Below are positions 20,347 through 30,921 of a stretch of DNA of 64,000 bases, piece after piece. The stretch covers positions 2,592,001-2,656,000 of the forward strand of contig OZ245046.1 of the NCBI GenBank assembly GCA_965224245.1. The letters are read 5' to 3'. Both the position numbers and the translations under genes were made by a program. Below the pieces are notes generated by a model. That model was not told where the DNA came from and did no database searches. It saw only the letters and a list, made by a program, of their open reading frames with translations. Each line of letters opens with the position of its first letter. Position 1 is the first letter of the stretch. The stretch is from Candidatus Eiseniibacteriota bacterium (lineage in GTDB: Bacteria; Eisenbacteria; RBG-16-71-46; CAZAMP01).

Positions 20347-21003
20347 TCAGGCGAGTCGGTGACGGGAGATCTCTCCCTCGACCATGTAGATGACGTCCTC
20401 GGCGATGTTGGTCGCGTGGTCGGCGACTCGCTCGAGGTGGCGCGCGATCGTGAGCATCGGAATCAGCACGTCCACCCGATCCACGTCCTCGCGGAGCCGG
20501 CGGCTGACCTCGGTGTAGACCGCGCGATGCATGTCGTCGATCTCCTCGTCAGCCGCGCACACCGAGCGCGCCAGATCGCTGTCCAGGTTCACGATCGCGT
20601 CGAGGCTGCGCTTGAGCATCGATCGGACCTTGGTCGACATCGCGACGAAGTCGAACGGCATCGGGAGCGGCGGAAGCTCTGACAGACGCTGGCCGCGCTT
20701 GGCGATGTTGACGGCCAGGTCGCCGATGCGCTCCAGGTCGTTGTTGAGCTTCAGCACCGCCACGATGAAGCGGAGGTCGCGGGCCACCGGCTGATAGAGC
20801 GCGAGGATCTGCAGGCAGTCCTCCTCGACGTCGACCTCCATGCGATCGATCGCCTCGTCCCCGTCGGTGACGGACTCGGCCAGGCTCACGTCCCGCTCGT
20901 GGATGGCCCGGCAGGCGCACTCGAGGCTCTCCTCGACCCGCGTGCCCAGCTCCAGCACGCGCACCTTGAGCTGCTCGACCTCACGGTGAAGGTGTGTTTT
21001 CAC
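20347..21003 (-). CDS. phoU: Phosphate signalling protein PhoU
   Basis: YQPVARDLR, DLERIGDLAVNIA, LERVADHATNIAEDVIY; follows pstB. Confidence 0.96.
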   Translation of the reverse strand: MKTHLHREVEQLKVRVLELGTRVEESLECACRAIHERDVSLAESVTDGDEAIDRMEVDVEEDCLQILALYQPVARDLRFIVAVLKLNNDLERIGDLAVNIAKRGQRLSELPPLPMPFDFVAMSTKVRSMLKRSLDAIVNLDSDLARSVCAADEEIDDMHRAVYTEVSRRLREDVDRVDVLIPMLTIARHLERVADHATNIAEDVIYMVEGEISRHRLA

Positions 21004-21061
21004 GACCTGATCCGACTCCGTTCGTCTCGAAAACGTCGCATGCGGGGAATCGCCCCGGATC

Positions 21062-21079
21062 CTAACACAACTCTAATCG
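21062..21079 (+). promoter_or_regulatory. Pho-box-like direct repeat, inverted relative to phoU
   Basis: CTAACAC-N4-CTAATCG with 11-bp period in the pstB-phoU gap. Confidence 0.5.
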
Positions 21080-21093
21080 AATCGCTCCCGGGA

Positions 21094-21966
21094 CTAGCCG
21101 AACCGTCCCGTGATGTACTCCTCGGTCAGCCGGTGCGACGGGTTGGTGAAGAGCTGATCGGTGCGATCGAACTCGACGATCCGACCCAGCCACATGAACG
21201 CGGTGTAGTCGCTGACCCGGCCCGCCTGCTGCATGTTGTGGGTCACGATCACGATCGTGTAGCGCGACTTCAGCTGACCGATCAGCTCCTCGATGCGGGC
21301 GGTCGCGATCGGATCCAGCGCCGAGCACGGCTCGTCCATCAGGATGATCTCGGGCTCCACCGCGATCGCCCGCGCGATGCACAGCCGCTGCTGCTGCCCA
21401 CCGGACAGGTCCAGCGCGTTCCGGTCGAGGCGGTCCTTGACCTCGTCCCAGAGCCCCGCTTGCTCGAGGCTCTTTCGCGCGATGGACTGGAGCCGATCCC
21501 GGCTGCGCTCACCGTCGATGCGATGGCCGTAGGCGATGTTCTCGAAGATCGACTTGGGAAACGGATTGGACTTCTGGAACACCATGCCCACGCGCCGCCG
21601 GAGGTGGTTGACGTCGACACCTCGATCGTAGGCGTCGCTGCCGTCGATCGTGACCGACCCCTCGATCCTGACGCCGTCCACGAGGTCGTTCATGCGGTTG
21701 AACGTCCGAAGGAGCGTGCTCTTGCCACACCCGCTGGGTCCGATGAAGGCCGTCACCCGGTGCCGCGGCACGTCCAGCGTGACGTCGTGGAGCGCCTGGG
21801 TGTCGCCATACCACAGGTTCAGTCGCTCCACGCGCATCGCCGCCTCTTCGTCGATCGCGCGCATCTTCGGCACCAGGTCGCGCGCCACCGACTCGGGATC
21901 GAAGCGCCCGGGGCGCCGGTTTCCGGTCGTTCCTGGCTCTTTCGCGTCGTCGATCACGTGTGTCAT
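21094..21966 (-). CDS. pstB: Phosphate ABC transporter ATP-binding protein
   Basis: [50 protein letters not shown]. Confidence 0.97.
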   Translation of the reverse strand: MTHVIDDAKEPGTTGNRRPGRFDPESVARDLVPKMRAIDEEAAMRVERLNLWYGDTQALHDVTLDVPRHRVTAFIGPSGCGKSTLLRTFNRMNDLVDGVRIEGSVTIDGSDAYDRGVDVNHLRRRVGMVFQKSNPFPKSIFENIAYGHRIDGERSRDRLQSIARKSLEQAGLWDEVKDRLDRNALDLSGGQQQRLCIARAIAVEPEIILMDEPCSALDPIATARIEELIGQLKSRYTIVIVTHNMQQAGRVSDYTAFMWLGRIVEFDRTDQLFTNPSHRLTEEYITGRFG

Positions 21967-21973
21967 CTGCTCC

Positions 21974-23602
21974 TCAGAACGAGGACGAGCGGTAGCGCGA
22001 CCACAGGCGGTTGCGAATGATCATGGCCGCCACGTTCAACAAGACCACGACCACGACGAGCAGCAGAGTCGTCATGAAGACCATCGGCTTGGCCGCCTCC
22101 ACGTTGGGGCTCTGGAACCCGAGATCGTAGATGTGAAAGCCGAGGTGCATGAACTTACGCTCGAGGTGAAGAAACGGCGCTCGCCCGTCGACCGGCAGGA
22201 GCGTCGCCGTTTTGACCGCTCCGGTCAACATCAGCGGCGCCACCTCGCCGGCGGCACGCGAGATCGCCAGGATGACACCGGTCAGAATGCCCGGCGACGC
22301 GGCCGGGAGCACGACCCGCCACGTGGTCTCCCACTTGCTGGCGCCGAGGGCCAGCGACCCCTCGCGCACCGCCTTGGGAACCGCGGCCAGCCCCTCCTCG
22401 GTGGCCACGATCACCACCGGCACCGTCAACAGCGCCAGCGTCAGCGCCGACCACAGTATGCCGCCGGTGCCGAACGTCGGCGATGGGAGCTTGTTCGAGA
22501 AGAGCGTCTGATCCAGCGCGCCACCGACCGTGTAAACGAAGAAGCCGAGCCCGAAGATCCCGAACACGATGCTGGGCACGCCCGCGAGGTTGTTCACGGC
22601 GATCCGGACCAGCTGTACGAGCCGTCCCTGGCGGGCGTACTCGCGCAGGTACAGCCCCGCCACGACACCCAGCGGCACGACGGCCAGCGTCATCAGGAAC
22701 GTCATCAGGACCGTCCCGAAGATGGCCGGGAGGATCCCGCCCTCGAGGTTGGCCTGCCGGGGCACGTCACTGACGAACGTCCACAGGCGCGAGAGATACA
22801 CGCCGGCGCTGCCGAACCATCCGAGCGCGTTGGGGCGAACGACCCGGTAGACGTCTCCGACCGGTAGCGTCACCGTGCGTCTGTCGGCGGTCTCGAGATC
22901 CAGCGCTTCCTCGTCCAGGCGTTCCCGTAGCCCGCCGATCACCGCGGTGAGCGAGTCGTACTCGGCGTTCAGCGCGGCCTCGGCCCGATCCAGCCGAGCC
23001 AGCCGATCATCGGCTCCGGGCTCGGTCGCGAGCGCGCGTCGCTCGAGCCGGATCGACTCCAGACGCTCGCTGACACGCCCCACGTCGTTCTTCTCCAGGC
23101 TCCGAACGCGGCCGCGGAGCCGGGACACCGCACCGAGTCGAGCGCCGAGCGTGTCGAGGGCGGCCTCTCCGCGCGCGCGCACGACACCGCCTCGTTCGTA
23201 CGCGCGCACGAACCCGATGAAGACGCCGTACTCGTCCCGCTCGATCAGAACGGCATCCTCGGGACGGTCCGTCCGTGTGATCCGGGGCCGGTCGATCCAC
23301 CGGAACTCGCCGGGACCGTACACGTCGCGATTCCCCGCCCGCACGCGGATGCGGGTCTCGCCCTCGGCGGCACCCGGAATCGGCTCCGACCCCCACGACT
23401 GCCCCATCACGACGTCACCGTCCGCGAGCACGTGCCGCTCGAGCGACTTGGGCCAGAACGCACCCAGGCCGCCGGCGGCCACGATCACCAGAACGGCCGC
23501 GATGAGGATCAACGCCAGCGCCGTCGCACCCGCGGCGAGCCAGATGAACGCGTCGCCGCTGGCCCAGTATCCCGCTCGGGGTCGCTCGTGGATGCCGGCC
23601 AT
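21974..23602 (-). CDS. pstA: Phosphate ABC transporter permease PstA, long form with soluble insertion
   Basis: [44 protein letters not shown]. Confidence 0.95.
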   Translation of the reverse strand: MAGIHERPRAGYWASGDAFIWLAAGATALALILIAAVLVIVAAGGLGAFWPKSLERHVLADGDVVMGQSWGSEPIPGAAEGETRIRVRAGNRDVYGPGEFRWIDRPRITRTDRPEDAVLIERDEYGVFIGFVRAYERGGVVRARGEAALDTLGARLGAVSRLRGRVRSLEKNDVGRVSERLESIRLERRALATEPGADDRLARLDRAEAALNAEYDSLTAVIGGLRERLDEEALDLETADRRTVTLPVGDVYRVVRPNALGWFGSAGVYLSRLWTFVSDVPRQANLEGGILPAIFGTVLMTFLMTLAVVPLGVVAGLYLREYARQGRLVQLVRIAVNNLAGVPSIVFGIFGLGFFVYTVGGALDQTLFSNKLPSPTFGTGGILWSALTLALLTVPVVIVATEEGLAAVPKAVREGSLALGASKWETTWRVVLPAASPGILTGVILAISRAAGEVAPLMLTGAVKTATLLPVDGRAPFLHLERKFMHLGFHIYDLGFQSPNVEAAKPMVFMTTLLLVVVVVLLNVAAMIIRNRLWSRYRSSSF

Positions 23603-23603
23603 G

Positions 23604-25793
23604 CTAGAACCTGCTGTAGCGCCGGCGGAGTCGCGTGCGAACGACCTCGGCGGTGGTGTTGATGACGAGCGTGAGCGCGAACAGGAGAAGTGCGCTCAGG
23701 AACAGGATCCGGTACAGCGAATCGCCGTGCGGGGCCTCGGGAATCTCGGTGGCGATGTTCGCCGACAGCGTACGAAAGCCGTTGAACAGGCTCCAGTCCA
23801 TGACCGGGGTGTTGCCGGTGGCCATCAGCATGATCATCGTCTCGCCCACGGCGCGGCCGAAGCCGATCATGATGGCGGAGAAGATCCCCGGTGACGCGGC
23901 GGGAAGGATCACGAGCCAGGCCGTCTGCCAGGGCGTCGCGCCGAGGGCCAGGGATCCGGCCGTGAGGTGGCGCGGGACGCTGGATAGCGAGTCCTCGCTG
24001 ACGCTGAAGATGATCGGGATCACGGCCAGCCCCATCGCGATGCCCACCACGATCGCGTTCCGCTGGTCGTATCGAATCTCGTAGGCCGTGTACAGCCACT
24101 CCAGAAACCCGCCGGGAAAGAGCCGGTCGGCGACGTGGCTCAGCCCCACGGTCAGGCCGATCGCGACCAGGACCACCGGCACGAGTCCCAGGACCTCCGT
24201 GCCCGGCCGCACCAGGAGGAGCCCACGGGGCACCACGCGCCGGAGCGCGCCGGCCAGCAACACGGCCAGCGCGATGAAGACCCCGACCCCGAGCGCGGCC
24301 GGCATCGCCTGCGCGAGCCGCGGCGCCAGCCAGAGCCCGGCCAGCAGGCCCAGCACCACGCTCGGAAGCGTGGCCATCAGCTCCATCGCCGGCTTCACCA
24401 CCCCGCGCAGCCGCTTGTCCATGAACGTCGCGGTGTACAGCGCGGCGAGGATCGCAATCGGTACCGAGAAGAGCATGGCGTACAGCGTGCCCTTGAACGT
24501 CCCGAAGATCAGCGGAACGAGGCTCAGCTTGGGCTCCGCCTCGTCGGTGCCCCCGGTGGACTGCCAGGTGTAGTCCGCGTGCTCGTATCCCTCGTAGTGC
24601 ACGGGCCGGAAGAGCGAGGCGAACGACACCTCGGGGTGAGCGTCGTCCAGCGCCCACGTGGCGACGTTGCCTTCGAAGGCCGCGATCAGCGCGTCGCTCT
24701 TGGGCGCGAACACCACCGACGCCGGCGCCTGGTTCAGATCGCGGGTGAGTCGGGTGGCGCTGGTGGTGGCGAAGCGCAGGCACAGCTCGCCGGAGGCGTC
24801 CCAGGTGACGAAGCCGCGGTTTCGTCCCGACGGCGCCGTGCCCACGACGGGTGCACCGTGCGGCTCGAACTCGTGCGCTCGGATCAGACGGAGCCCGCTC
24901 TCGACCGTGCGCGCGCGGAACCAGACCTGGACCTCTCCGCCGGCGTTGCCGACGACCAGCGAGTTGCGCCCGAGAACGGTTCCCAGAGCCGTGACCGCGT
25001 CGGAGCCGGTGCGGTACGACCCGAGGGGGGTGTGGGCGTCGGTGTCGACCGGCCACTCGACGAGCTGCCCGCTGGTCGAGCCCACGTAGAGGTGACGCGC
25101 GGCGGCGTCGAGCTCGATTGCGCTCGCGGTGATCCCTCTCCCGACGGGCACGTCCCAGAACGAGTCGCTCACCGTCTCGGCACCGAAGAGGTTGCGCTCG
25201 ACCTCGCGGATGAGGACACGCACCCGGCCGTCCTCTCCGAGGGTGGCCACGGTGATGCCCTCGTCGGACGCGACTGCTGCGATCCGCGCGACCGCGACGC
25301 CCGGAGACATCGATACCGTGTCCGAGACGCCGACCCGGGGTCGGTACCGCCGCTGCGCGCCGTCGTAGGTGAGCCCCGAGTCGAACCGGAGGCGTGCGAT
25401 GCGACCGTCGGCGGTGCCGACGAGCCACTCCCCGGCGTCGGGTGCGACCGGCCTGGCGGAGGTGATCGTCGCCGATCCGAGACCATCCGGACGCGGGAGC
25501 CGGCGCCCGGACCACGTGTCGCCGTCACGTACCCATGTCGCGGCCGCTCCGTCGGCGTCGAGCGCGAACAGCACCTCCCGGTACTCGTTCGCGGTGGCGA
25601 GAACCCACGCGTCGCTCTCGTGGGGAAGTGCGGGGTCGGTGGAATCCAGCGACGCCGAGCGCCACAGGGGCAGCGTCTCGCCGATCAGGAAGGCCAGTAT
25701 TGCGAGAATGCTCACGATGATCACGGCGCCGCCCCCGGTGATGGCGCGGGCGGCGATGCGATCGATCGTTCGCCGTCTCGTGTAGATGCTCAC
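23604..25793 (-). CDS. pstC: Phosphate ABC transporter permease PstC with large beta-propeller-like domain
   Basis: WQSTGGTD, LVPLIFGTFKGT, LPSVVLG, GRAVGETMI, RTLSANIA; start set at GTG 25793. Confidence 0.92.
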   Translation of the reverse strand: MSIYTRRRTIDRIAARAITGGGAVIIVSILAILAFLIGETLPLWRSASLDSTDPALPHESDAWVLATANEYREVLFALDADGAAATWVRDGDTWSGRRLPRPDGLGSATITSARPVAPDAGEWLVGTADGRIARLRFDSGLTYDGAQRRYRPRVGVSDTVSMSPGVAVARIAAVASDEGITVATLGEDGRVRVLIREVERNLFGAETVSDSFWDVPVGRGITASAIELDAAARHLYVGSTSGQLVEWPVDTDAHTPLGSYRTGSDAVTALGTVLGRNSLVVGNAGGEVQVWFRARTVESGLRLIRAHEFEPHGAPVVGTAPSGRNRGFVTWDASGELCLRFATTSATRLTRDLNQAPASVVFAPKSDALIAAFEGNVATWALDDAHPEVSFASLFRPVHYEGYEHADYTWQSTGGTDEAEPKLSLVPLIFGTFKGTLYAMLFSVPIAILAALYTATFMDKRLRGVVKPAMELMATLPSVVLGLLAGLWLAPRLAQAMPAALGVGVFIALAVLLAGALRRVVPRGLLLVRPGTEVLGLVPVVLVAIGLTVGLSHVADRLFPGGFLEWLYTAYEIRYDQRNAIVVGIAMGLAVIPIIFSVSEDSLSSVPRHLTAGSLALGATPWQTAWLVILPAASPGIFSAIMIGFGRAVGETMIMLMATGNTPVMDWSLFNGFRTLSANIATEIPEAPHGDSLYRILFLSALLLFALTLVINTTAEVVRTRLRRRYSRF

Positions 25794-25830
25794 GTGAGTT
25801 GCTCGATCGGCTTCGGCGTGCCGTCCGTGG

Positions 25831-26826
25831 CTACGAGCCGGCGACCTGGTACGCGGCGTCCAGCTTCGCGATCTCCTCGAGGCCGATCGCCGCCGGTACC
25901 GGGATGAAGCCGGCCTTGTCGACCTGTGCCTGTCCCTCGTCACTGTAGATGAACGACATGAACGCATTCACCAGCGGATCCAGCTCCTGGCCGGGCGTCT
26001 TGTTCACGTAGACGTAGAGAAAGCGACCCAGCGGGTAAGTCCCGGCCAGAACCGCGTCGACCTCCGCCGCAATCGGCTCGCCGCCGTCCTTTTTCGCGAT
26101 CGGGATCTTGCGGACGCCACTCGTCGAGTAGCCCATGCCGGAGTAGCCGATCGCGTAGCGATCGTTCTCCACGCCCTGCACCACGGACGCCGATCCGGGC
26201 TGCTCCTTGACCGTGTCCTTGTAGTCTCCCTTGAAGAGCGCCGTCGACTTGAAGAACCCGTAGGTTCCCGAGGCGGAGTTGCGGCCGTACAGCGAGATCG
26301 GCTTGTCGGCCCACTCGCCGGTGAGACCCAGATCGCCCCACGTCACGACGTCGGTGGCGTGCCCGCCCTTGCGGGTCTTGGAGAAGATCGCGTCGACCTG
26401 CTCCAGGGAGAGGCCCTGGTCGGCGAGCGGATTGTCCTTGTGGACGTAGACCGCGAGCGCGTCCAGCGCCACCCGGAACTCGGTGGGCTTGTAGCCGTGG
26501 CGCTCCTCGAACGCGTCGACCTCGGTGGCCTTCATGCCGCGCGACATGGGTCCGAGCTGCGCGGTGCCCTCGATGAGAGCGGGCGGCGCCGTGCTCGAGC
26601 CCTTGCCCTCTCCCTGGACGCGCACGTTCGGATAGAACTCGCGGAACTTCTCGCCCCAGAGGGTCATCAAGTTCAGACACGTGTCCGAGCCGATGAAGTT
26701 GAGATTTCCGCTGACGCCGCTGACCTTCTCGTATGACGAACGATTACCGTCGGCCACCGAGATCGCGGCCGCGCCGAGCGCGATCACGACGGCGGCCGCC
26801 CCGAGCCTGAGCTTGACGTTGTTCAC
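25831..26826 (-). CDS. pstS: Phosphate-binding periplasmic protein
   Basis: GSDT, GKGSSTAPPAL, GPMSR, GRNSASGTYGFF, YPLGRFLY; GTG start after AGGAGAG. Confidence 0.96.
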   Translation of the reverse strand: MNNVKLRLGAAAVVIALGAAAISVADGNRSSYEKVSGVSGNLNFIGSDTCLNLMTLWGEKFREFYPNVRVQGEGKGSSTAPPALIEGTAQLGPMSRGMKATEVDAFEERHGYKPTEFRVALDALAVYVHKDNPLADQGLSLEQVDAIFSKTRKGGHATDVVTWGDLGLTGEWADKPISLYGRNSASGTYGFFKSTALFKGDYKDTVKEQPGSASVVQGVENDRYAIGYSGMGYSTSGVRKIPIAKKDGGEPIAAEVDAVLAGTYPLGRFLYVYVNKTPGQELDPLVNAFMSFIYSDEGQAQVDKAGFIPVPAAIGLEEIAKLDAAYQVAGS

Positions 26827-26855
26827 GTGTTCTCTCCTGTTTTCGAGCCCGACGG

Positions 26856-26887
26856 ACGGTAGCACCCGATCGTTAGACCCGCATTAG
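26856..26887 (-). promoter_or_regulatory. Pho-box-like repeat plus -10 element upstream of pstS
   Basis: CTAATGC-N4-CTAACGA-N8-TACCGT on the minus strand. Confidence 0.6.
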
Positions 26888-26911
26888 GCGCGATCCGTCG
26901 CCGACCGGGTG

Positions 26912-28156
26912 TTAGAAGTCGATTTGGAAACGCGTCGTGAAGGTGCTCACCGTGCCCTCCCCCGCGTCTCCCCGGTCCACCGATCCGATGGTGTAGTTCG
27001 CCATGACCTTGGCCTGAGCGTTCAGATACCAGTTCGTGCCGAACGTGATGTCCGAGAGCGTCCCGCCCTCGATGCCGTTCGACGCGTCGTCGAGATCCAC
27101 CGAGGAGTAGCGCGCGGCGAGCTCGACCGCGCCCGTGCCCCCGTCCCGGCCGTACGTGGTCTTCGGCTTAACGCGCGAGAACACGCCGTCGCGGGTGCTG
27201 TAGGGCCGGTGCTCACCGGTCGCGAAGAAGCTGGCCTGGGCATAGAAGCCCGAGAAGCTCGGGTCGATGGTGTCGCCGGCCGCCACGTCCGGGCCCTGGT
27301 GGCTGATCGTCACGTACTCGCCCTGGACCGAGAACGAGCCGGCCACGACGGCGAGCTCGGCGTCCACGAGCCACAGGTCGTCCACCGCGAAGGACCCGGT
27401 CCGGATCACCTTGTCCCCGATGTGGTTCTCGGGACGGAAGCTGTACGAGCGTTCGTTGGCGGGCGGACGGCGGTGACTGGCACCCACGCCGAGATGCACG
27501 AGGCTGCGGCCGTCGTCGGTTCGCATCGGCACGACCGTGAGCCGCGCGGTCTCGGCCAGCGCACCGCCCTCGATGCTCCGGGTCACCTGGTCCCCGTCCT
27601 CACGAAACACGCCGACGGCGGCCCGGGCCGCACCGCCGGCGAACGTCCGGTGCGCCATCATCCCCATGTTGCGCGACGGCACGAAGCCGGTCGGGAGCGC
27701 CCGCTCGACGAACGTGATGTACTTGCTCGAGGTCTGCTCGACCAGCGAGATCGGCTCGTAGAAGTTGCCGACGCGGACGCTACCGAGCCCGGGGACTCCC
27801 GTCAGCTCCATGTAGAGGTCCTTGGCGTCCAGCTCGCCGTTGGCGAACTCGTACTCGGCCTTGTACTTCACGTTGCCGTACATCTTGCCCGAAGCGAACA
27901 GCCGCGCCCGGCGGAACTCGGTTCCGTCGGTCGACCCGAGCCCCAGCTCGTCACGCGCGTCGTCGTCGACCTGGATGAACGCCCAGTCCTGCTGAAGACG
28001 TCCGCCGACCGCCGCCGAGAAGCGACCGTCGTCGGACGCGAACGAGAGCCCTCCGTCGACCTCGGTGACCGTGGCTCGCACCGGAGCCCCGGCCGCACAC
28101 AGCATGACCATGGCCGCGGCCGCCCCCCATCGCGCACTCATCTCGCTCCGGCCCAT
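26912..28156 (-). CDS. Phosphate-selective porin (OprO/OprP family)
   Basis: Signal peptide, EFRRARL, SLVEQTSSKYITFVER, ELAARYS, GTNWYLN, C-terminal F; lies within the pst locus. Confidence 0.9.
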   Translation of the reverse strand: MGRSEMSARWGAAAAMVMLCAAGAPVRATVTEVDGGLSFASDDGRFSAAVGGRLQQDWAFIQVDDDARDELGLGSTDGTEFRRARLFASGKMYGNVKYKAEYEFANGELDAKDLYMELTGVPGLGSVRVGNFYEPISLVEQTSSKYITFVERALPTGFVPSRNMGMMAHRTFAGGAARAAVGVFREDGDQVTRSIEGGALAETARLTVVPMRTDDGRSLVHLGVGASHRRPPANERSYSFRPENHIGDKVIRTGSFAVDDLWLVDAELAVVAGSFSVQGEYVTISHQGPDVAAGDTIDPSFSGFYAQASFFATGEHRPYSTRDGVFSRVKPKTTYGRDGGTGAVELAARYSSVDLDDASNGIEGGTLSDITFGTNWYLNAQAKVMANYTIGSVDRGDAGEGTVSTFTTRFQIDF

Positions 28157-28211
28157 GGAACTCACTCCTGTTCGTGTTTGGATACGGTCACGTTTCCGTG
28201 AGGCCGGCGGG

Positions 28212-28256
28212 ACAGTAGTGCGAGATCGTGTCAGGATGCCGTTAGGAAACGATTAG
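28212..28256 (-). promoter_or_regulatory. Pho-box-like triple repeat plus -10 element upstream of the porin
   Basis: CTAATCG-N4-CTAACGG-N4-CTGACAC-N10-TACTGT. Confidence 0.65.
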
Positions 28257-28291
28257 ATCAGGCGAAACGCCGCTTCTGCATGAGGATGTGA

Positions 28292-30076
28292 CTAGCGAGA
28301 CAGCTCCGCTCCTCGGGGTAGACGGAGCGTGAACACGCTCCCGCGGCGCGGTGCACTCTCGACGGAGACGGCCCCTCCGTGTGCGCGGGCCACGTGCTTG
28401 ACGATCGCCAGCCCGAGCCCCGTGCCCCCCGACGCGCGGCTCCGCCCGGTGTCCACGGTGTAGAACCGCTCGAACAGACGCTCGTGGTGGACCGGATCGA
28501 TGCCGCAGCCCTCGTCGCGAACGTGGATCAGGATCGTGTCGTCATCGCCGGGCTCTGCGTCCACCTCGACTCGCGACCCCGGGTCCGAGTAGCGGATCGC
28601 GTTCGCGACGAGGTTCGTGATCGCTTGCTCGAGCAGCTCCGCGTTCACCGCCGCGCTCAGCGTGTCCGGACAGCTCACGACGACCTCCACCTCGCTCGTG
28701 CGCGCCGCCGCCTCCGCGGTCTGGGCGGCGGTGGCCAGGAGCGGGCGGATGCGCTGGACGGACCGGGTGACTTCCTTCGCCTCGATGTCCCGCTCGAGCC
28801 GGGCCAGCCGCATCAGGTCCTCGATCAGGCCGTGCAGCCGATCGGTCTGCCGGAGCGCGATCGTCACGAAGCGTTGCGCGCTGGCGGGATCCGAGAGCGC
28901 GCCGTCGCGCAGCGTCTCCAGGAACCCCTTGATCGCGGTGACCGGAGTCCTGAGCTCGTGGGACACGCTGGCCACCAGCTCGCGGCGCTCGATCTCGCGG
29001 CGCCGCTGACCGGTCACGTCGTTGAGGACGACGATCGCGCCGACCCGACGTCCGTTCGCGGTGACCAGCGGCGACCCATGGGCGGTCAGGACGCGCTCCC
29101 GGTCGCCGCGTGCGACGATCTCGCCCTCGACCACGGTCGAGGAGCCCAGGGAGCGCCGCACGAACTCGACCAGCGCGACGTTGCGCACGACCTCGGCGAT
29201 GGGTCGGCCGGTCGCGTCGTCCACGCTCACGTCGAAGAGCGATCGGGCGGCCCGGTTCACGCTCAGGATGCGCTCGTCGGCCTCGACCGCGATGACCCCC
29301 TCGGTCATCGCGGCGAACAGGGCCGCCTGCTCGCGATTCCGCCGCTCGAGGTCGTCGATGCGGCTCTCGAGACTGGACGCCATCCGGTTGAACGTATCGG
29401 CCAGGCTCGCCGACTCGCCCGAGCCGGCCGGCACGACGCGATGGGCCAGATCGCCGGCCGCGAATCGCTCCGCGCCCCGCCTGAGGCCCTCGATCGGACG
29501 TGCCACACGGCGCGAGACGTCGAGGCCGATCAACGAGGCGAGCACGATCGCGGCCAGCGCGCCGAGGAGGATCCGCGTGCGGCCGGGGTTCAGGAGCGCG
29601 TCCACCGTCGGCAGCGGCATGGCCGTCCGCACGGCTCCGACGACGACCCCATCGCGCACCAGCGCCCGCGCGACGTACATCATCGTGGTCTGGAGTGTGT
29701 GGCTGAAGCGGGTGGACTGCCCGCGTCCGAGGGTCAGGGCCTCGTGGAACTCGGCCCGATCGCGATGATTGTCCATCGCAGTGGCCGCGGTCACGGTCTC
29801 GGCCACCACGCGGCCGGTTGCGTCGATGACCGTCACGCGGGTGTGCCAGTCCGCGGTCAGGACTCGAACGAGCGAGTCGGCCGGCTCAGGCTCGAGTCGC
29901 GCCGAGGCGAGAGCCGCCGCCAGATTCTGCGCCTCGGTGTCCAGCCTGAGCTCGGACTGGCGATGGCTGGACTCGCGAAGAACGACGAGAAAGACCGCGG
30001 TCGCGGCAACGAGGCTGATCAGCGTGATGAGGAGGTAGGTCGGGAAGAGCAACCACCGCACCGGAAGGTGGCGCAA
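28292..30076 (-). CDS. phoR: Phosphate regulon sensor kinase PhoR (HAMP-PAS-HisKA-HATPase)
   Basis: [49 protein letters not shown]; adjacent to phoB and pst. Confidence 0.9.
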   Translation of the reverse strand: MRHLPVRWLLFPTYLLITLISLVAATAVFLVVLRESSHRQSELRLDTEAQNLAAALASARLEPEPADSLVRVLTADWHTRVTVIDATGRVVAETVTAATAMDNHRDRAEFHEALTLGRGQSTRFSHTLQTTMMYVARALVRDGVVVGAVRTAMPLPTVDALLNPGRTRILLGALAAIVLASLIGLDVSRRVARPIEGLRRGAERFAAGDLAHRVVPAGSGESASLADTFNRMASSLESRIDDLERRNREQAALFAAMTEGVIAVEADERILSVNRAARSLFDVSVDDATGRPIAEVVRNVALVEFVRRSLGSSTVVEGEIVARGDRERVLTAHGSPLVTANGRRVGAIVVLNDVTGQRRREIERRELVASVSHELRTPVTAIKGFLETLRDGALSDPASAQRFVTIALRQTDRLHGLIEDLMRLARLERDIEAKEVTRSVQRIRPLLATAAQTAEAAARTSEVEVVVSCPDTLSAAVNAELLEQAITNLVANAIRYSDPGSRVEVDAEPGDDDTILIHVRDEGCGIDPVHHERLFERFYTVDTGRSRASGGTGLGLAIVKHVARAHGGAVSVESAPRRGSVFTLRLPRGAELSR

Positions 30077-30077
30077 G

Positions 30078-30767
30078 TCACAGTCCTTTCAGGCGGTAGC
30101 CTACCCCCCGGACGGTTTCCACGATGTGGCCGACGTCGCCGAGCTTCTTCCGGAGGCCCACGAAGAGCACGTCGACCGATCGATCGGTGACGACGTAGTC
30201 GGAGCCGTGCACGGCCTCCACGATTTGCTGGCGAGTAAACACCCATCCCGGACGGCGCGCAAGGTGATGCAGTGCACGGAACTCCGCCGGCGTGAGTCGG
30301 AGCTCGCCACCGTTCAGGAGCACCTCGTGACGTCCCGGGTGAATCTCCAGACCGTGAACGCTGATGGCGGCCGCCTCGTCGGGTACCTCCCGGGAGCGCC
30401 GCCGAAGCACGGCCGCGATGCGCGCCAGCAGAACGCGGGGGCTGAACGGCTTGGTGACGTAGTCGTCCGCCCCGACCTCGAGGCCGCGCACGACGTCCGC
30501 GTCGTCGTCCTTGGCGGTCAGCATCACGATCGGGATGTCGCGGGTCAGCGACGACTGCCGGAGCGCGCGGCAGGTCTCGATCCCATCCAGCCCGGGCATC
30601 ATCAGATCCAGCAAGATCAGATCCGGCGTCATCGTGCGTGCGGCCACGAGCGCCTGCTCGCCCGATCCGACGCCGGTGGCCTCGAACCCGTCCTGACGGA
30701 GGTTGTAGAGCACGAGCTCGACCAAGTCGGGCTCGTCGTCCACCACCAGAATGTGCTCGCCTGACAT
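30078..30767 (-). CDS. phoB: OmpR-family response regulator PhoB
   Basis: LVVDDE, LLDLMMPG, DDYVTKPFS, winged-helix DRSVDV, ETVRGVGY. Confidence 0.9.
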   Translation of the reverse strand: MSGEHILVVDDEPDLVELVLYNLRQDGFEATGVGSGEQALVAARTMTPDLILLDLMMPGLDGIETCRALRQSSLTRDIPIVMLTAKDDDADVVRGLEVGADDYVTKPFSPRVLLARIAAVLRRRSREVPDEAAAISVHGLEIHPGRHEVLLNGGELRLTPAEFRALHHLARRPGWVFTRQQIVEAVHGSDYVVTDRSVDVLFVGLRKKLGDVGHIVETVRGVGYRLKGL

Positions 30768-30863
30768 CGTGCATCCTCGTCTATCGCGCGCGTGCGCCCT
30801 GGCTCTCGAGGGTCGTCGAGCGTCCCGATCGCCGTCGCCGCGCCCGGGATACTTCGCTGCGTC

Positions 30864-30907
30864 AGCGTAGTCCTCGGCTCGTGAGCGAAATGTTTGGAAT
30901 CGGTGAG
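30864..30907 (-). promoter_or_regulatory. Degenerate Pho-box-like triple repeat plus -10 element upstream of phoB
   Basis: CTCACCG-N4-CAAACAT-N4-CTCACGA-N9-TACGCT. Confidence 0.5.
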
Positions 30908-30921
30908 AAGCCGCTCGACCC

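Noticed and set aside
26909..26915. Extra CTAACAC unit at the porin stop codon
   Set aside because: It is a single copy, out of 11-bp phase with the pstS array, and is explained by the TAA stop.
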